From Protoeuglena noctilucae (lineage: Eukaryota): a stretch of 64,000 bases of DNA. Below are positions 46,863-60,169 of this stretch, piece after piece. Position numbers and translations under genes: made by a program. Each line of letters begins with the position of its first letter. Position 1 is the first letter of the stretch. The stretch spans positions 372,001-436,000 of the forward strand of contig OY253678.1 of NCBI GenBank assembly GCA_958009085.1. Direction: 5' to 3'. The notes beneath the pieces are model-generated. The model was given only the letters and a program-made list of their open reading frames with translations. It ran no database searches and was not told where the DNA came from.

Positions 46863-49800
46863 ATGGAACCGGAGCCTCCGGTCTTTTGCCCCCCGGCATG
46901 TCCAGGTGCGCGACATCGGCTTCGTTGCGACGCTGGATGGGGGGATCGTCGCGCCTGCCGGCTGGGGCGCGGTACCAGCCGTTGCCCTCGACCCTGCAGC
47001 ACGAGCAGCGACCGCTCCCCGATCGCTTCCCGCAGATGACGCGCCGGGTGCCCCCGTGACGCTACCGTTCGTCGCGGCGGGCTGCCCGGGGGACATGCGG
47101 GATTTCGCGTGGGAGTTGGCACGCTTCCTGCGCATCGACAAGATCGACAGCGGTGAGCCGGCGCGGCCCCCTGCAGCTAGCGGACCCGAGCGTCGGATGT
47201 GCATGTGTGACGGGACTTCGCGAGCGCTGCCCCCTCGCTCCTCGCCGCCCCAGGCTTCGCCAGCCATGTGTACAAGGTCGTGGACACGCGGACGAACAAG
47301 ACGGCCGCCCTCAAGGTCTACGACAAGCGGGCCCTCTCCCCGGCCATCCAACAGGCCGTGATGCAGGAAATCTCCATCCACGGTCGCCTCACGCACCCGC
47401 ACCTCGGTGAGCGCGCCCCCGCACCTCTGGGCTCGTCCCCCCAACCTTGTCGAGGCCCGGGCGAGTGCGGTGCGTCGGCTTAGCGCATTGCGGGGCCTCC
47501 CTCCACTCCGCAGTCAATATGTTCGCCGCATTCGAGGACGGCCCCTTCCTCTGCATCGTCATGGAGCTCGCCGTCGACGGCAGCCTGTACCGCCGCCTGC
47601 ACGACATCAAGCGCTCCGAGGAGGCCGTCGCCAAGTACATCCTCGGCCCGCTCCTGTCTGTCCTGGCCTACATGCACAGCTACGGCATCATCCACCGGGA
47701 CCTCAAGCCGGAGAACATCCTCCTCCGCTCATCCCACATCCTCCTGTCGGACCTGGGATTCGCCGTCAACGTGACCCTGCAGCGGCCTGTCACCCAGCTC
47801 GGGACCATGCACTTCATGGCGCCGGAGATCTGCGTGCACGACCCCTGGGACCCCAACTCCCTGAGGCGCTCCAAGGTCCCCCGGGCCCAGCGCAAGGTCT
47901 ATGGCCCCGCGGTCGACGTCTGGGCGGTCGGCTGCGTCGCGTACGAGCTCCTGTGCAAGCAGCCTCTGGTGAGGCCGGCGGGCGACGACTGGGGCATCCC
48001 TCACGGGCCGCCCTCCACCTTGCCCGTCCTCCCGCTCTCGGGGCTTGCGGGGCGGCTTGCAAGCCACAACTGGGGCGCAGCATGCGCTTTCCTGAGCCAC
48101 GAATGCGCGGCGCCTCCTCTGCCGTCGCAGTTCAAAGGGAGGTCGGAGGAGGAGGTGCTGGAGAGCATCATCAATCTGACGCCCTCGGCACTGCCAGAAA
48201 CGATGAGCCCGGAGGCCCGGGACTTCCTGGCCCACTGGTGAGGCCCTGAGAGCCACGCTCTCGAGGAGTGCGACCTGTGCCGGGACAGTCGCTTGCTGCA
48301 CAGCCCTTCGCATGGCGCACACCAAATGTGCATGGACGGGCCGCTTTATCGTGCGCGCAGCCTTGTGTGCGAGCCCGAGTGGCGCGCCACAGCGGAGGAG
48401 CTCTACAGCCACGAGTTCATCGTGAAGCACATGGGTGAGCCGCGCATGCGTGCCTCGAGGGTAGCCGAGAAACACAGGACGCTTCACCAGGGCGTTTGGA
48501 GCACGGCCCCTCATCAAGTATCGATGCGCTACGAGACGCGCTGTGTCGTGCTGTGTCTCCCCCAGGTCCCGAGAAGCACGAGAGGCTTGACCCCGAGCGC
48601 TTCCTCGAGTGCAACCGCTCGCTGCTCGCCTCGCGCACCAGCGGGGGCCACATCGGCGACTCGCCCGGGAGCTACCGCGCCGGGAGCATCCTCCTCTCCG
48701 CGCACGGCTCCGCCAAGTCGGGATGCACCCCGCGCCCCGTGTGGGGCCCGAGCACCCACGACGGTGAGGGGCGCCAAGAGACACATGGACCAGTGTGGTT
48801 AGTGTGTTGCACTCACCCTTGCTGCTCACCCTTGGTTCTGCATTGACGTGACGTGTCGGGATCAGCGTGCCGCTCTCGCTTGCTCTACCCAAGGGCAGCT
48901 GTGCATCAGCGGGATGGGCGCTCCGCTACTCCCGACGCCCACGCCCACCTCGCACCGGCCCTGTGGTGGTATGGTACCGAACCATCACCCCTGAGTCCCC
49001 CTGGCCCGCAGGCAAGCGCAAGGCGATCCTCTCTCAGGTGCCGATGATGGCGTCGGACCTCATCGAGTCCTCGGGCCTCTCGGCCATGCGACGCCGGCAG
49101 TCCACGTCAGCCATGCCCGCCCACGAGATCTTCCGGGGCGGGAGCGACAGGTGAGGAGGGCGCCTTGGCCCGAGAAACCTGTTGGGACCTGTCGGGCCTG
49201 CTGAACAGAGCGCCACAGGGTACCGTAGCGGTGCTTCCCTGGCACTGCAAGCACGCGACAACAACCAGCGACCCCTGACGCGCTTTCTCGTCCTCTCATT
49301 TGCAGGGATGTCCGATCTCTGCAGCGGTGCAGCTGCGGGGTGCAGTTCGGGGCGCAGGCAGGCACCTCCATGCCCCACCCGGCGTCGGTGAGTGCCTGGC
49401 CAACCCTAGGGGGCTTGCAGGGCCACGGTGTGCGAAAGTTTGATAATGCTCGCCGGCTGCGCTTGTGTTGGTGCCGCCTCGCATGCCCCATGTGCCCACA
49501 TGCCCGCGTGCCCGCAGCTCAATGCCCGGACGGACGATTTCGGCTCCAATTCCCTGCATCAGAGCCACAAGCACAGCCGAAGTGAGTGGCTGCGGCGTCA
49601 CATCGTAGCAAGTGCCTGAACCCGAGGCCACCTCCGGGCCCTTTCGGCAGGCGCCCACAGCGCCGCCTTCCACCTCATACGCCGCTGCCGCTCCCTCCCC
49701 CGCAGCCACGCCGAAGAGCCTGGCCCTGAGCGAGCAGTCGTCACTGAAGGTCTCCGAGTTCCGCAGAGGAGGTGAGGGGCAATGGGCGACTGCATGTCTG

Positions 49801-50165
49801 CTGCTGCGGCTGCTGCGGGAGGGTTTGGGTGAAAGCGGTGACACAGACGTGCATGACGCGGCGCTGGTGTTGGCACCCCCGCAGTGTTCCCCGTGGACTC
49901 GGAGCCGGCCCATGCGCGCGCCGTCGACGCCTCCGGGAGGCACAACCCGGCTTACGGCCACGCGAGGGTGCACCCCCGAGGGTCCGCCCCCGTGCCCCTC
50001 CAGGGAGGCGCGGGGGTGACATCGCGCGACACGGAGCCGCGCTCTGAAGTTGGGGTGGCTGGGTCGCTGGGGACGTCCGCCGAGAGCGCGGGGACTCGCA
50101 GGAAGGGCCTGCTGGCGCGTTTCTTCGGCAAACGCCACGTGCACGAGGTCCCCGTGCGAGGGTGA
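46863..50165 (+). CDS. Ser/Thr protein kinase, Aurora-like family of green algae, with long disordered C-terminal tail
   Basis: AALKVY, EISIHGRLTHP, IIHRDLKPENILL, SDLGF, VTQLGTMHFMAPE, YGPAVDVWAVG, RATAEELYSHEF. The start (MEPEPPVF) is inferred from splice phase; exons 3' of ~48450 are less certain. Confidence 0.82.
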
Positions 50166-50283
50166 GGGCAGCGGAGGCAGCGGGTTGCATGGCCCTGTGA
50201 GGGTAGCCGCGGGCATGGCGATAGCGGGCTGGCATTCTGCGCAGTCTGCCCCTGCTTGCGGGACGAGGGAGGAGTTGCGGGCT

Positions 50284-50680
50284 CTAACGACCGCCCGTTG
50301 CGTCGTCGCAATGCAGGGGGCCCCCGGATGGCATGTCGAGGGACGTGCGGGAGGATGGGGCAAACCCGCAGGGCTCGGAGCACCGGCCCCGGCCCAAGCC
50401 GAGCGCCAAGAGGTGAGGGAGCGAGGGGCCTTGTGACAAGCAGGGGCAGGCTGGCGAATTTGACTGCGCGTGAGCGAGCGATAGTGAAGCAAGTCTCACC
50501 AGAGGCCCGTGCGTTTGATGCCCGCAGCGAGGCGTTGTCCCCGGACGACCGCCGGCGTTCCAGTCTCATCTCCTTGGCCGTGGGGGCGTTCAGGCAAGCC
50601 TGCGCTGCGCAAAAGAGGGCCCACAGCACAAGCGCCCCCTTGAGCACCGACAGCCTCCGCAACGCACCCGTCGAATCCAT
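50284..50680 (-). CDS. Candidate small secreted protein (~110 aa, 2 exons)
   Basis: MDSTGALRRLSVLKGALVLWALFCAAQA|CLN resembles a signal peptide. Strong donor G|gtgaga at 50499, then an in-frame second exon ending ...CDDATGGR*. No homology recognised. Confidence 0.3.
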
Positions 50681-51820
50681 GCGCGTCACCGTTCGCTCCG
50701 GTCGCAGGCAGCGGAGGTCTCTGGAGGCCCGGGTCCCGGCCGCCCGCGTGCAGCCCGCGTGAACCCCTGACGCCCGCCGTGCATCGCCGGCCATCTGCGG
50801 TGACCCTGGGCCCTGCCGCCCCAAGCCCGCACCCGGCCCAACGTGGCCGTTTCGCAGTTCCTCGCACACTTGTTTTCGAGGCAGGCTGACCCTGGCGCGG
50901 CCTACAGAGTTTTCTGCGGCGGCGCCCCTCGCCGCTCCACGCCGCGCATCGCCCGGGCTCGGCTTGCGGGCCAAACCAGTGGCCCCAACTTTCGAGTGCC
51001 TTTTTGTATTTCCCGGGATGGAGCATGCGCACGGGACTCGTTCCTCTGCCGCACTTGCGAACCTCAATAGACCCTCCTGCCCATTTCGCCGCCCCTCCAT
51101 CCGCCGCCCCACCTGCCGACTGACGGCACCAGATCTTCGCTTGGGCGCCCCGGCCCCCTTGCATTGCCCGCTTTTCGTCGCCGAGGCAGGCCCTCGCGGC
51201 CCCATCGCACGCCTTCCGGGATGCCAGCCTTCGCGGAGGCTTAGTTAGCGCGCACCGCTCGCGCACGCTTAGCCGAGGCGCGAAAGGCCCGTCGCTTGCG
51301 GCTTTCGTGGCCTGGTTTGTGGATGCCATGCATCCGCATCAACAGACGGACCCGCGCCGGCGATCTTGCGGGCGGGCAACCCCAGGTGGCTCTGTGCGGA
51401 GTCCCGCATGGATGCCAGCATAAGACATTCGATTGCTTCCGGCACGGGCAGCACCGGGGCGTGCGCCACTGGGATGATGTGCCCCAGGCGACACGCTCTG
51501 CGCCCTCGTCGGCCGACGGACCTGTTTTGGCAACTAGCCGCATGTGGCACGTGCGGCCCTTGCAGCCTTCTGACACACCTGATCCTGCACTCCTGTCGAC
51601 TTCACCTGATATCTCGTGCCCCTTTCCGGTACCGCCGCTGTCCGACGGGTCGCGATGCTTTGTTTGAATCCTCCAGTCACTGCTGGTGGCACACATCAGC
51701 CGCTAGGCAACGGCAGTTACAAACATGGTCGCGAATGCACTCCAGTGCTAGTACAACGAGTCAAGGACCGCTTCCAGAGCACGAACGCGGCACGGCTTCA
51801 CAGCATGATAACACGGCACG

Positions 51821-54800
51821 TCATGCCAGCTGCTCTTCCGGCTGGCTGTGCAGATTGCTCCCCGTCACCCACGTCAACCTGTCAAAGTATGGCGACAGGT
51901 TCATGTTCAGCGCCTTGGCCTTCCTGAGCAATTCCTCCACATCCCCAGGTGCCCACCGGCGTGGCCAGAAGGCCCTCCTGGGAGCAGAACAGACCCCAAA
52001 CGAGTCGGTATAAAGCGAGAGTTCTGTACGATCGGTGGGATCTATCATACGATGCAAGGCCCACGCAACGCACCCTGGCCCTGGTATGCGTGCGTTGGGT
52101 TTGGCTGGAGGGCCGGGGACACGACAGGCCCCTGCCATCAGCACAGGTGCTTGTGACGCTCACCTCCAGGGCGTGTCATCCTCATTGTCAGACCCAGGAG
52201 TGGGATCACAAGGGGGATCCGCCTGTGTCTCCGTGGCACACGTCGATGCGGCGGCCTGGCAAGAGGCGTGACGCGTGGGCACGGGGGGGCGAGGGACGCT
52301 CGGACTGGCGGGCAGCGGGTGCGCGGTGGGAGCGAGGGACAGGGCTCTGCAGAGGTGGTACGACATGTGCTGGCTGTGTGCATCCGCAACAACACAGACA
52401 CCCAGATGTAGTACGCTGCGTGCCGGAAGACGTGAACCACCCTGTCCCACGGAAAGACTGATTGTGCGCGCCCGCCCACGCTACCCAACAAGCATCGACA
52501 CAGCACAGCGCAGTGCTATCCTGAAAGCATAGCTCTCCGCTCGCCTGAGGGTCTCTGTCTCAGCTTCCAAATGCATCGCGCGCTCCGCCGCGCGCTGCTC
52601 GGCCTCTCTGGCCGCGCGCAGCTCCTCCGTCGCCGTTTGAAGTTGGCTCTCCACGGCAGCCACGCTGTGGGCGCTCTGGGCCTCAGCTGCCGCCAGCTGG
52701 CCTTGCAGGTGCCCTGCGCAGCAGGGTTCAGGACGGGAATGAAGATCACGCAGACAGCATTGGTGACTGCCCCAATGCCGCAGCACAGATCGCGGCGCCT
52801 GGCCACACGGAGGGTGTTTCGGCCGTTGTTGCGGACCCCATGGTGGGCCAAGGCACAGCAGCTCTTCACCTACTTGCTCCCGAAGCGACGCCACGAGGGA
52901 TTCGAGCGCGGCCTGTGCTCGCTCGGCTTCCTCCTGCGGGGCGAAAGCACGGCGGACGTGATGCGACTGTGACGTGCTGTGATGTGTTCCCGCAGCAACC
53001 TCGACAGATAGTTTCAGAGGGACCCAATGGGCCATGCACACGGCGTCGGAGCGAGGAAAGGACACTGCACTGAAAGAAGCGCACGAGCGACGGCTGAACC
53101 ACGCAGCTGGCTGGTGAGTCACCTTGGAGGGCCCTGCGGTCCCGGCGCCCCCTTCGCCGGCACAGTCGCTGCCCTCTCCGCGCTCCCGGCTCCGCGCCCT
53201 GGACCTCAGCCCAAACAGCCTCTCCTGCACACTGTCAGAGTCTGACGGGGTCGGGCTGCCAGAATCCGGCGCGCCCGCGGCCCGGCACTGGCCGTCGATC
53301 CGCATCTCCGCTATCTCAATGGCCTCCACGAGGTGTTGCTCCATTTCCTGCACCCTGCGGATTACGAGGAAAGGCCAGGCGCATCGGCACATGTCATCCT
53401 GACCACCAGCAGCAAACCCACCCACCCCATCTGCCCTGCCCAATGTCCTGTCGGCCAGTGCTGAGTCCTCGCCCGCTCCACTCCTCCCCTTTATCACTCA
53501 CCTGCTCCTCAGCTGCTCGACCTCGTCTTGCTTGGACACGCACGCCGCCTCGCTCTCTGCCACCCTCGCCGCCAGCCCCGCTCCCATCTCCTCAGCCTCC
53601 TCTGCCCGCGCCCGCATCGTCGCGATCGCCTCCCTCAGCCCCGCGTTCTCCTCCTCTAGAGCCCGCGTCAACGCCTCCGCCGCTGCAAGCTGCCTTTCCA
53701 GCTCCGCCTCTACTGCCACCCCCTCCCCGGTACCCGCCGTGCACACCCTCTCCAGCGACGCCCCGGACCCTCCCGAGGTCCCGCCCAGCCCTCCGCTCGA
53801 CTCCTGGCCACCCTGCCACCCGCCCAGCGGCCCGTCCCGGCCCCCGTTGCCCAGCCCCGCGCTCGACTCGACAGCCCCTCGGCTCTCCAGCTCCCGAACC
53901 CGGGCCTCCAACGCCGCCCGCGCCTCTCCGGCCTCCTCGAGCCTCGACCGCGCATCCTCCAGCTCCCTCGACCTCTCCTCCAGCAACGCCCTTACCGCCC
54001 CCGCCTCCACCATCCGACCATGCAGAGCCTCCACCTGGCCTCGCAGCGCCTCCGACTCGCCCACCCACCGCTCCTCCCCAGCCGCGCGGTCCTCCAACTC
54101 GGCCAGCGCCTCCGCCAGCGCCGCCCGCAGCTGCACCTCAGACGCCTCGGCCGAGGCTCGCAGCCGCGCCACCTCCGCATGCAGCCGCGCCACCTCCTCG
54201 TCACGGTCCCCGACCGCCTCGCGCTCCGCCCACGACAGCCGGCGCTGCGCCGCGGCGATCTGCGCGTCCGCCGCGTCCACCTCCGCCCCCAGGTCACCGC
54301 CCAGCGCGTCGCCCGTGCCAAGCACCCCTGCGCCGCCCAAGGCCTCGACCAGGGCAGCGGCCCGCGCGATCTCAGCGCGCATCGCCGCGAGATCGGCGTC
54401 ACGGTCCCGGTCGTCCGGGGCCCGCGCCGCGCCCGGGGCGTCCTGGCGAAGGGCGTCGAGGTCGGACCGCAGCCGCGCGTTGTCCGCCTCCAGGGTCGCC
54501 ACGTGTCGGAGCATCTCGGCCATACGCGCGTGCATGTCGCGCTGAGTGCGCTCGGCGTTCGCGAGCTCGGCGGCCTTGACGTTCTCCATGAGTTTCTGCA
54601 TGCGGGACGCGTCCGCGGCACGCTCCCACAGCTGCTGCACCTCCCGGTGCACGGGGGAAGGCGCCGACGCGAGGCCCGCGGACGCTACCCACGCGTCGCA
54701 CGACTCGTGCCCCGCGACGGGCGGCGTGGGCGCGGGAGGGGGCGACCTCCTGCCCCGCTCCAGGTTGGCAACCAGAGCGGCTGCCGCGGGGAGCAGCCCG

Positions 54801-55282
54801 GAGGGAGTGCCGTTCCACGGGAGGGCCCCGAGAAGTTGCGGAGACGACGAGTTGGGGGAGGAGGCCATGTCGCGCGGATTGGACGAGAAGGCGAATGCTG
54901 CGGGCGCCGGGACGAGAGGTGGCATGACGTGCATTTTTGAGGATGAGAAGACGCATCCGAGCAGGCGGTGCCGTCGCTCACCGGCATTGTCATGCATGCG
55001 TATCACATCGTCAGCAGCCGTGGATGCGCGGTCCCAGCGGGGTGATCGCGCGGACAAGTCACGGCACTCGGCGCCGGGCGATACAAGGACCTGCGGAACG
55101 GGGCTAGACATGCCGGCGTCGGAGAGTGCGCTGAAAGCTAGCATCAAAGACGAACATGAGGAAGCGGGACGCGGCTTCGCCATCGCGAACTCATGGGGTG
55201 CGCATTCGCGCGTCACCTGGGCTCGCACCACGTTCTTGTCCAGCTCCATGAGCGGATGCGAGGTCCTCGGCGACGCCGACAT
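51821..55282 (-). CDS. Uncharacterised long coiled-coil protein
   Basis: 594-aa ORF with E/A/R/L heptad-rich segments (e.g. RHVATLEADNARLRSDLDALRQ, EEVARLHAEVARLRA), continued by further coiled-coil exons at ~53355-53120, ~52935-52870 and ~52700-52545. The 3' end is uncertain. Confidence 0.65.
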
Positions 55283-55748
55283 GACTGGAGCCCCAAGAAA
55301 CTAGTTGCAGAAGATTGCGGTGCTTTTCGCAAATGCGATGCGCGGCGTGCGCTCGCCAGTCTCGTTGTTAGCGCCGGGCTGCCACGTTGAAACGCACCAC
55401 CGCAACACAGTCAGGCAGCACAGCACAGAAAGGGCAAGCAACCGTGGACTCGGCATTGGTCGTGGACGTCCATGTAGGCAACACAATCGCCCGTGCCGGG
55501 CGTGCCAGCGATGCCACGGCGTTGGAACGGCGTTTCGCGGCTGGCCCTGCTGAAATCCTGAGTGCGCAGCGCCGTGTTCGAAAGACAACGGCCTTGCGCA
55601 TCTTCCAGCCAAAACAGACTCCAGGACCCGCGCCCACGTCATCACTTCCCGCCCCTTCTTGCTGGGCATTGCACGAGTGATCCTCCGCGTGATCTCCAGC
55701 TCCCTCGCCATCGCCGGCTGAAAGGCGTTCCGTGTCCAGTGCACAGGA

Positions 55749-56679
55749 ATGGCGGGGGGCGCGGCAAAGAAGGTGAAATCGTGCACCCATAGACTGCTCC
55801 CAGCACCCTCAACATAGCTCGACATCGCTCCTCGCGCTTCGGCCGCAGCTCGCGGAGAGCAACAAGAGGAGGCTTCAGTTAAGTCTCCTGCTCATCTGGG
55901 TACCGGCGTTGGTGCACGCCACCATCAGGATTGGCGTCTTTTGGCGATCGGCCACGATGGTAAGCTGCGCGGTGCTTGCCGGCGACGCCCCGCGGTCTCA
56001 CGATCGGTTCTGGCGCAACTCATGTCCTGTGCTGCGATGCGTTTCCGTACTTGATACCGACATCGACTCGTGGGTCGCAGATGGTCATCGCCAAGCCCGT
56101 GGCCGCCCTCCTCATCAACCTCACCATCTACCAGCGCCTCTCCGCGGCGGCCATGATGGAGATGGATCTCAAAGACTACACCCTCCAGGTGACGCCACAA
56201 GTTTCATGCCTTGCGCTTCCAGCATTCCTCCTGCCCGGATGTGAGTAACCACAGCAACACACACACAGCCTCTTGTGCATTCCACACAGCCTCAGCCAAG
56301 CCAAGACACGCACCTCCCCTGCATTGTGTGTATGCAGAACGACGCCATCTACCTCGGCGTGGCAGCGCAAGTGCTGGGGTGTGTCACTGACTGGGCGTGG
56401 TGGCTCTACGCGGTCATCCCGCTGTACCTGGTCTGGCATGGCGGCAAGTTCCTCCTGTCCCTCTGGCCGAAGCCCAAGGCAGAAGTGACCGAGGTAAGGC
56501 TATCCTGGCTGATGCGTCCCAGTGAGGGGATCATACTGGGGAACGTGCAAGGGCGCCGGCACGCATCGCTTTGCATGCCGTGACGCAACTCCTTCCCGAG
56601 TTGTGTGATGCAGGAAGAGTTGGCGAGGGAGGAGAAGCGAGAGAAGAGGCGGCAGCGCCGTGCGCAGAAGTTCATATGA
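55749..56679 (+). CDS. TMEM208: TMEM208 / SND2 family ER membrane protein
   Basis: Spliced MAGGAAKK|LAESNKRRL...HATIRIGVFW...|...YQRL...|NDAIYLGVAAQVLGCVTDWAWWLYAVIPLY...|EELAREEKREKRRQRRAQKFI*, with the typical N-terminal AKK, D-x-IY, W-Y-x-IP and basic tail. Confidence 0.82.
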
Positions 56680-57050
56680 CAAACGCACAGCTTCAAAGGG
56701 GTCGCAAAGCGGGCTTGCTAGGAGTCTCTGCCCGCCGTGGCTTGTACAGCATCGGCCCGACCCTGGATGGATCCTGGATCTGCGCGCCTCGAGGCCGCCA
56801 CTAGGGCATTGGCTAGCGGACAATGGACGCCACCCGGCAGCCCCGCTCGGCTATCGTCTAATCCAGGGACTGACCTGCTCGCCTGTGCTTCCCGCGTTAG
56901 AAATCGGGACTAGAAACCGGGACTGAAAACAGATGACCCGAGCCACAGCCCGGCGCCGGACCCACGCAGACCGCCCAGGGGTGTCCGTCAAGGAGCTGGG
57001 AACACGTGAGCCCTTCGCGACGGACTGAGTGACTCGACGGCACATGGCCG

Positions 57051-60000
57051 TCACGACAGGGCCCGGCCGGCGGCCACCGCCGCGGCCTCGGCGCCGGCGA
57101 TGCCGTTTGTCTTGGCGTGGTACTTCTTGGCTCGGCCGGCGTTGTCGAAGAAACCACCGACGTCGACGGGCGGCTCAAAGTCTTCCAAATCCTTGGGAGC
57201 GTACATCGTGTTGGCGCCCGCGCCGAGCGCACGCCGGGCCGCCTCGACGCCGCTCAGCGAGTTGTAAGCCCGAGACAGGGCCCAGTCCAGCGTCCTCTCG
57301 ATCGGGTTGGCCCGGCCCATGCCGTCAATCTCAGCGACACGCAGGAACCGCTCGGTCGCCGCCTCCCACGTCAGCCGGTGCCTCTCCTCCCCCGACATCG
57401 GCTGCGGAGCGCGAGGGAAGCAATTAAGTCACAACAGGTGGGTAAATGTTGACAATGGACACGACTATCAACACCCAAACCTTCCCACTCCATCAGCGGC
57501 CAGCCGTCATAACGCCTCACCTTCGGCTCGCTCTCCAGGGCCTGCTTCATCTTCTCGGAGAACTCCTCGGGCGTGCGGTAGACCAGGCAGTTGGAGAAGG
57601 TGCTGAAGAACTTGTTGCAGGGCAGGTCGGGCACCACGACGAACTTGCCCATAGCCAGCGCCTCGGCGGTGGTGGTGGCCACCACGTCCGACGTGCTCGG
57701 GTTCACGAAGACCTTGTAGTCGTGGATGGTCGCGTCCAGGTGGTCCTTGGCGCCCCAGAACTTGAGGTTGAGGTCGAACTCCTGGCTCCGGGCCCGGATG
57801 TCCTCCAGGTCCTCCCCCGCCCCGTAGACGTCGAGCGGGATGTTGTCCCCCGTGCGCCGGTGGTGCGCGGCGAGGTGCTCAAGCAGCTCCGTGTAGCCCT
57901 TGGCCCAGATGGCCTTGCCGATGAAGTAGACGCCCTTGGGGAACACCGTAGAAGCATCCGCGTCCCTGGCGGAGGTCGCGGGGGCGTCCGGGGCCGGGGC
58001 GGCGCGGAGGGACACCGCCTCCTGCGCCTTGCGGTCGCCGACGGTTAAGAAGCTGGGCGACACGCCGTGCACGAACTCGACCACCTCCCGGGGCATGGGC
58101 TGCACGGCCCCGGACAGCTTGATGACCTTGTGGCAGTGCTGCCGGCACACGAGGCTGTTGATGGCGCCCAGGAGCATGGCCTTGGCCCGGCCGCCCTCCT
58201 CGCGCCGCGCGTAGTCGAGGTAGTTGGTGTGGCACACCCCGACTACGTGCTTGAACTTGTCGGTCCACCGCCGGCCGTGGTGGTACCAGTTGAGGTGCTC
58301 CGGCTCCTCCAGGATCGCGATGTCGGCCTCGTCGTCGGGGATGTAGCTCGTGATGTCGCCGACGCCGAGGATGGAGCACTTCTCAGGCGCGTACCGGCCC
58401 GGGTAGAAGCGGATCTTGAAGTCGGTGGGGAAGCCGACGCGGTTGTCGACCCACCGGCGGATGTAGGCCTCCTGCTCGGCCGGCGTGGAGAAGGACATCT
58501 TGTTGGGGAACAGGCGCTGCTGGTCCGATTGGGCCAGCCACGGCACGAGCAGCGTGACCTGCCGCTGACCGCCCTGGCCCAGGTATGCGGCGCGCAGGAG
58601 CGGGTTGACGCTCGTCCCCGTCATCCACGGCAGCGCCGCCGTCGTCACGATGGCCATGTGCCGGCCCTGGTCGGCGATCGACCCCAAGCGTTTCCGGAAT
58701 CCCTCCCCCGCCGACCCGGGGAGCTTGGGCAGCGGGATGCGGAACGGACCCAGCTGCAGGCCGACCACGGACCGCCCCTCCGCATCCTCCCGCGCCGCGA
58801 AGCTCGCGATGGCCCGGGCGTCCGCCTGTGCGTCCTCCAAGGACCCCGCCATCGGCTCCGCCAGGTCCCCCGGGCCGCGCGGTGCCAGGGCTTTCGAGGG
58901 ATCGCTGCCCGGCTGCGGCGACGGCCGGACGTCCGCCTGCGACACAGCGCGGCGCAGGGAGCGGCGTGAGGGGCGTGGGCAGACGCTTGCATTGCTCATG
59001 TTGGCAACATGGAGCGGGCGCCGTGGGCTGCAAGGTGAGCTGCGAAACCACGAGGTTGCCCAGTCACCTTGGCGCTCGTGTCGTCCGCGCCCCCGGCACG
59101 CTCGGCGGGCACGCTGACCTCCTGCGCCGTCTGCACCAGGGCCGACGCGCTCGCGCCCTGGGTGAACCCCACCGCGGCCGACTTGCCGGCCACGCCCTGC
59201 CGCAGCGCCGCCTCCGACTTCTGCAGCGCCTGCGCCAGGGCGCTCGTGGCTGCGCTGAAGGCCGTCTGCACGTTCTGCGCCACCGTCTCGACGCTGTCGC
59301 CCTCGGCCTCCTCGGCGCGCGTCTGGCGCTTGGACGCCTCCTCCATTCCCGACGGCTCCTCCCGGAGAGGCCGCAAGCCCGCCTGCAGGGGCGAGAGGTG
59401 TCAAGCATGAGGCCACCGCTTGTCATCTAACTTGGCAAGATGCGCACAGGCAGGTGCGACCTGCGGCATGGCGGGTCCGACTCCGCAGCCAGCCGCACGG
59501 CACCTGACGCGGCGCGTTGACGCGCGTGAGTGGCCGGTGGCTGGCCGGGGAGGAGGTGAGCTGGTTCTCGGATGCCGAGCGCTTCATGCCCGACGGCCAC
59601 GGCCCCGCGCCCATGCCGGCGAGGTTGGAGGAGGACGACCACATCTTGACCTGCCCCAGGGCAGTCTTCTTCATCTCCTCCGCCTTCACGACGAGCTGCT
59701 TGACGCTGCGCGGGGGGAAGGGGTCTCCGATCGGGGAACCGTGCCCCGGCGCGGGTCAGCCCCGTCGGCCGCAGAATCGTTCGCTTGCATCGTCAAGCAA
59801 GCATCCAGCGCAGGCTCGCCTCGGATTCTTCTCCAGGAACTGGTCGGCAGCCCGCTGCGCGTCGCTCTGCATGGTCGCCACGGCCAGGTCCAGGCGCCGC
59901 TGCATGTCCAGCATGCCTTGTCGTCCCGTTTGTTGTGCAATTTCCAACGCCTTCTGAGGGTCAAAGGACCCGAACCTGCGCGGAGCGCGGCGAGCGTCAT

Positions 60001-60169
60001 GGTCACGCACCGCGACATCCCAGAGCCTCCCACGGCCCCTTCGGAGCACGCCACAGCCCAGTTCAGCAAGTCCGTCAAGGGGAGTTCGCGGCGCCCCTCC
60101 GCGCGCAGCCGGGCCCCACCTAAGGCTGGAAGGGCTCCCGAGGGGCCTACCGTCGCCCTCCTGGGCCAT
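57051..60169 (-). CDS. DGD1: Digalactosyldiacylglycerol synthase with N-terminal extension (DGD1 type)
   Basis: HMAIVTTAALPWMTGTSVNPLLRAAYL, ILEEPEHLNWYHHGRRWTDKF, HTNYLDYARRE, FVNPSTSDVVATTTAEALAMGK, LTWEAATERFL. The start at 60169 is tentative. Confidence 0.93.

Noticed and set aside
49952..51205. 417-aa ORF on the - strand
   Set aside because: Low-complexity R/G/A/P composition, overlapping the kinase 3' end. Only the 50680-50500 part looks like a possible exon.
55301..55825. 174-aa ATG-initiated ORF on the - strand
   Set aside because: It overlaps the first exon and intron of TMEM208 on the opposite strand, and has no recognisable homology.
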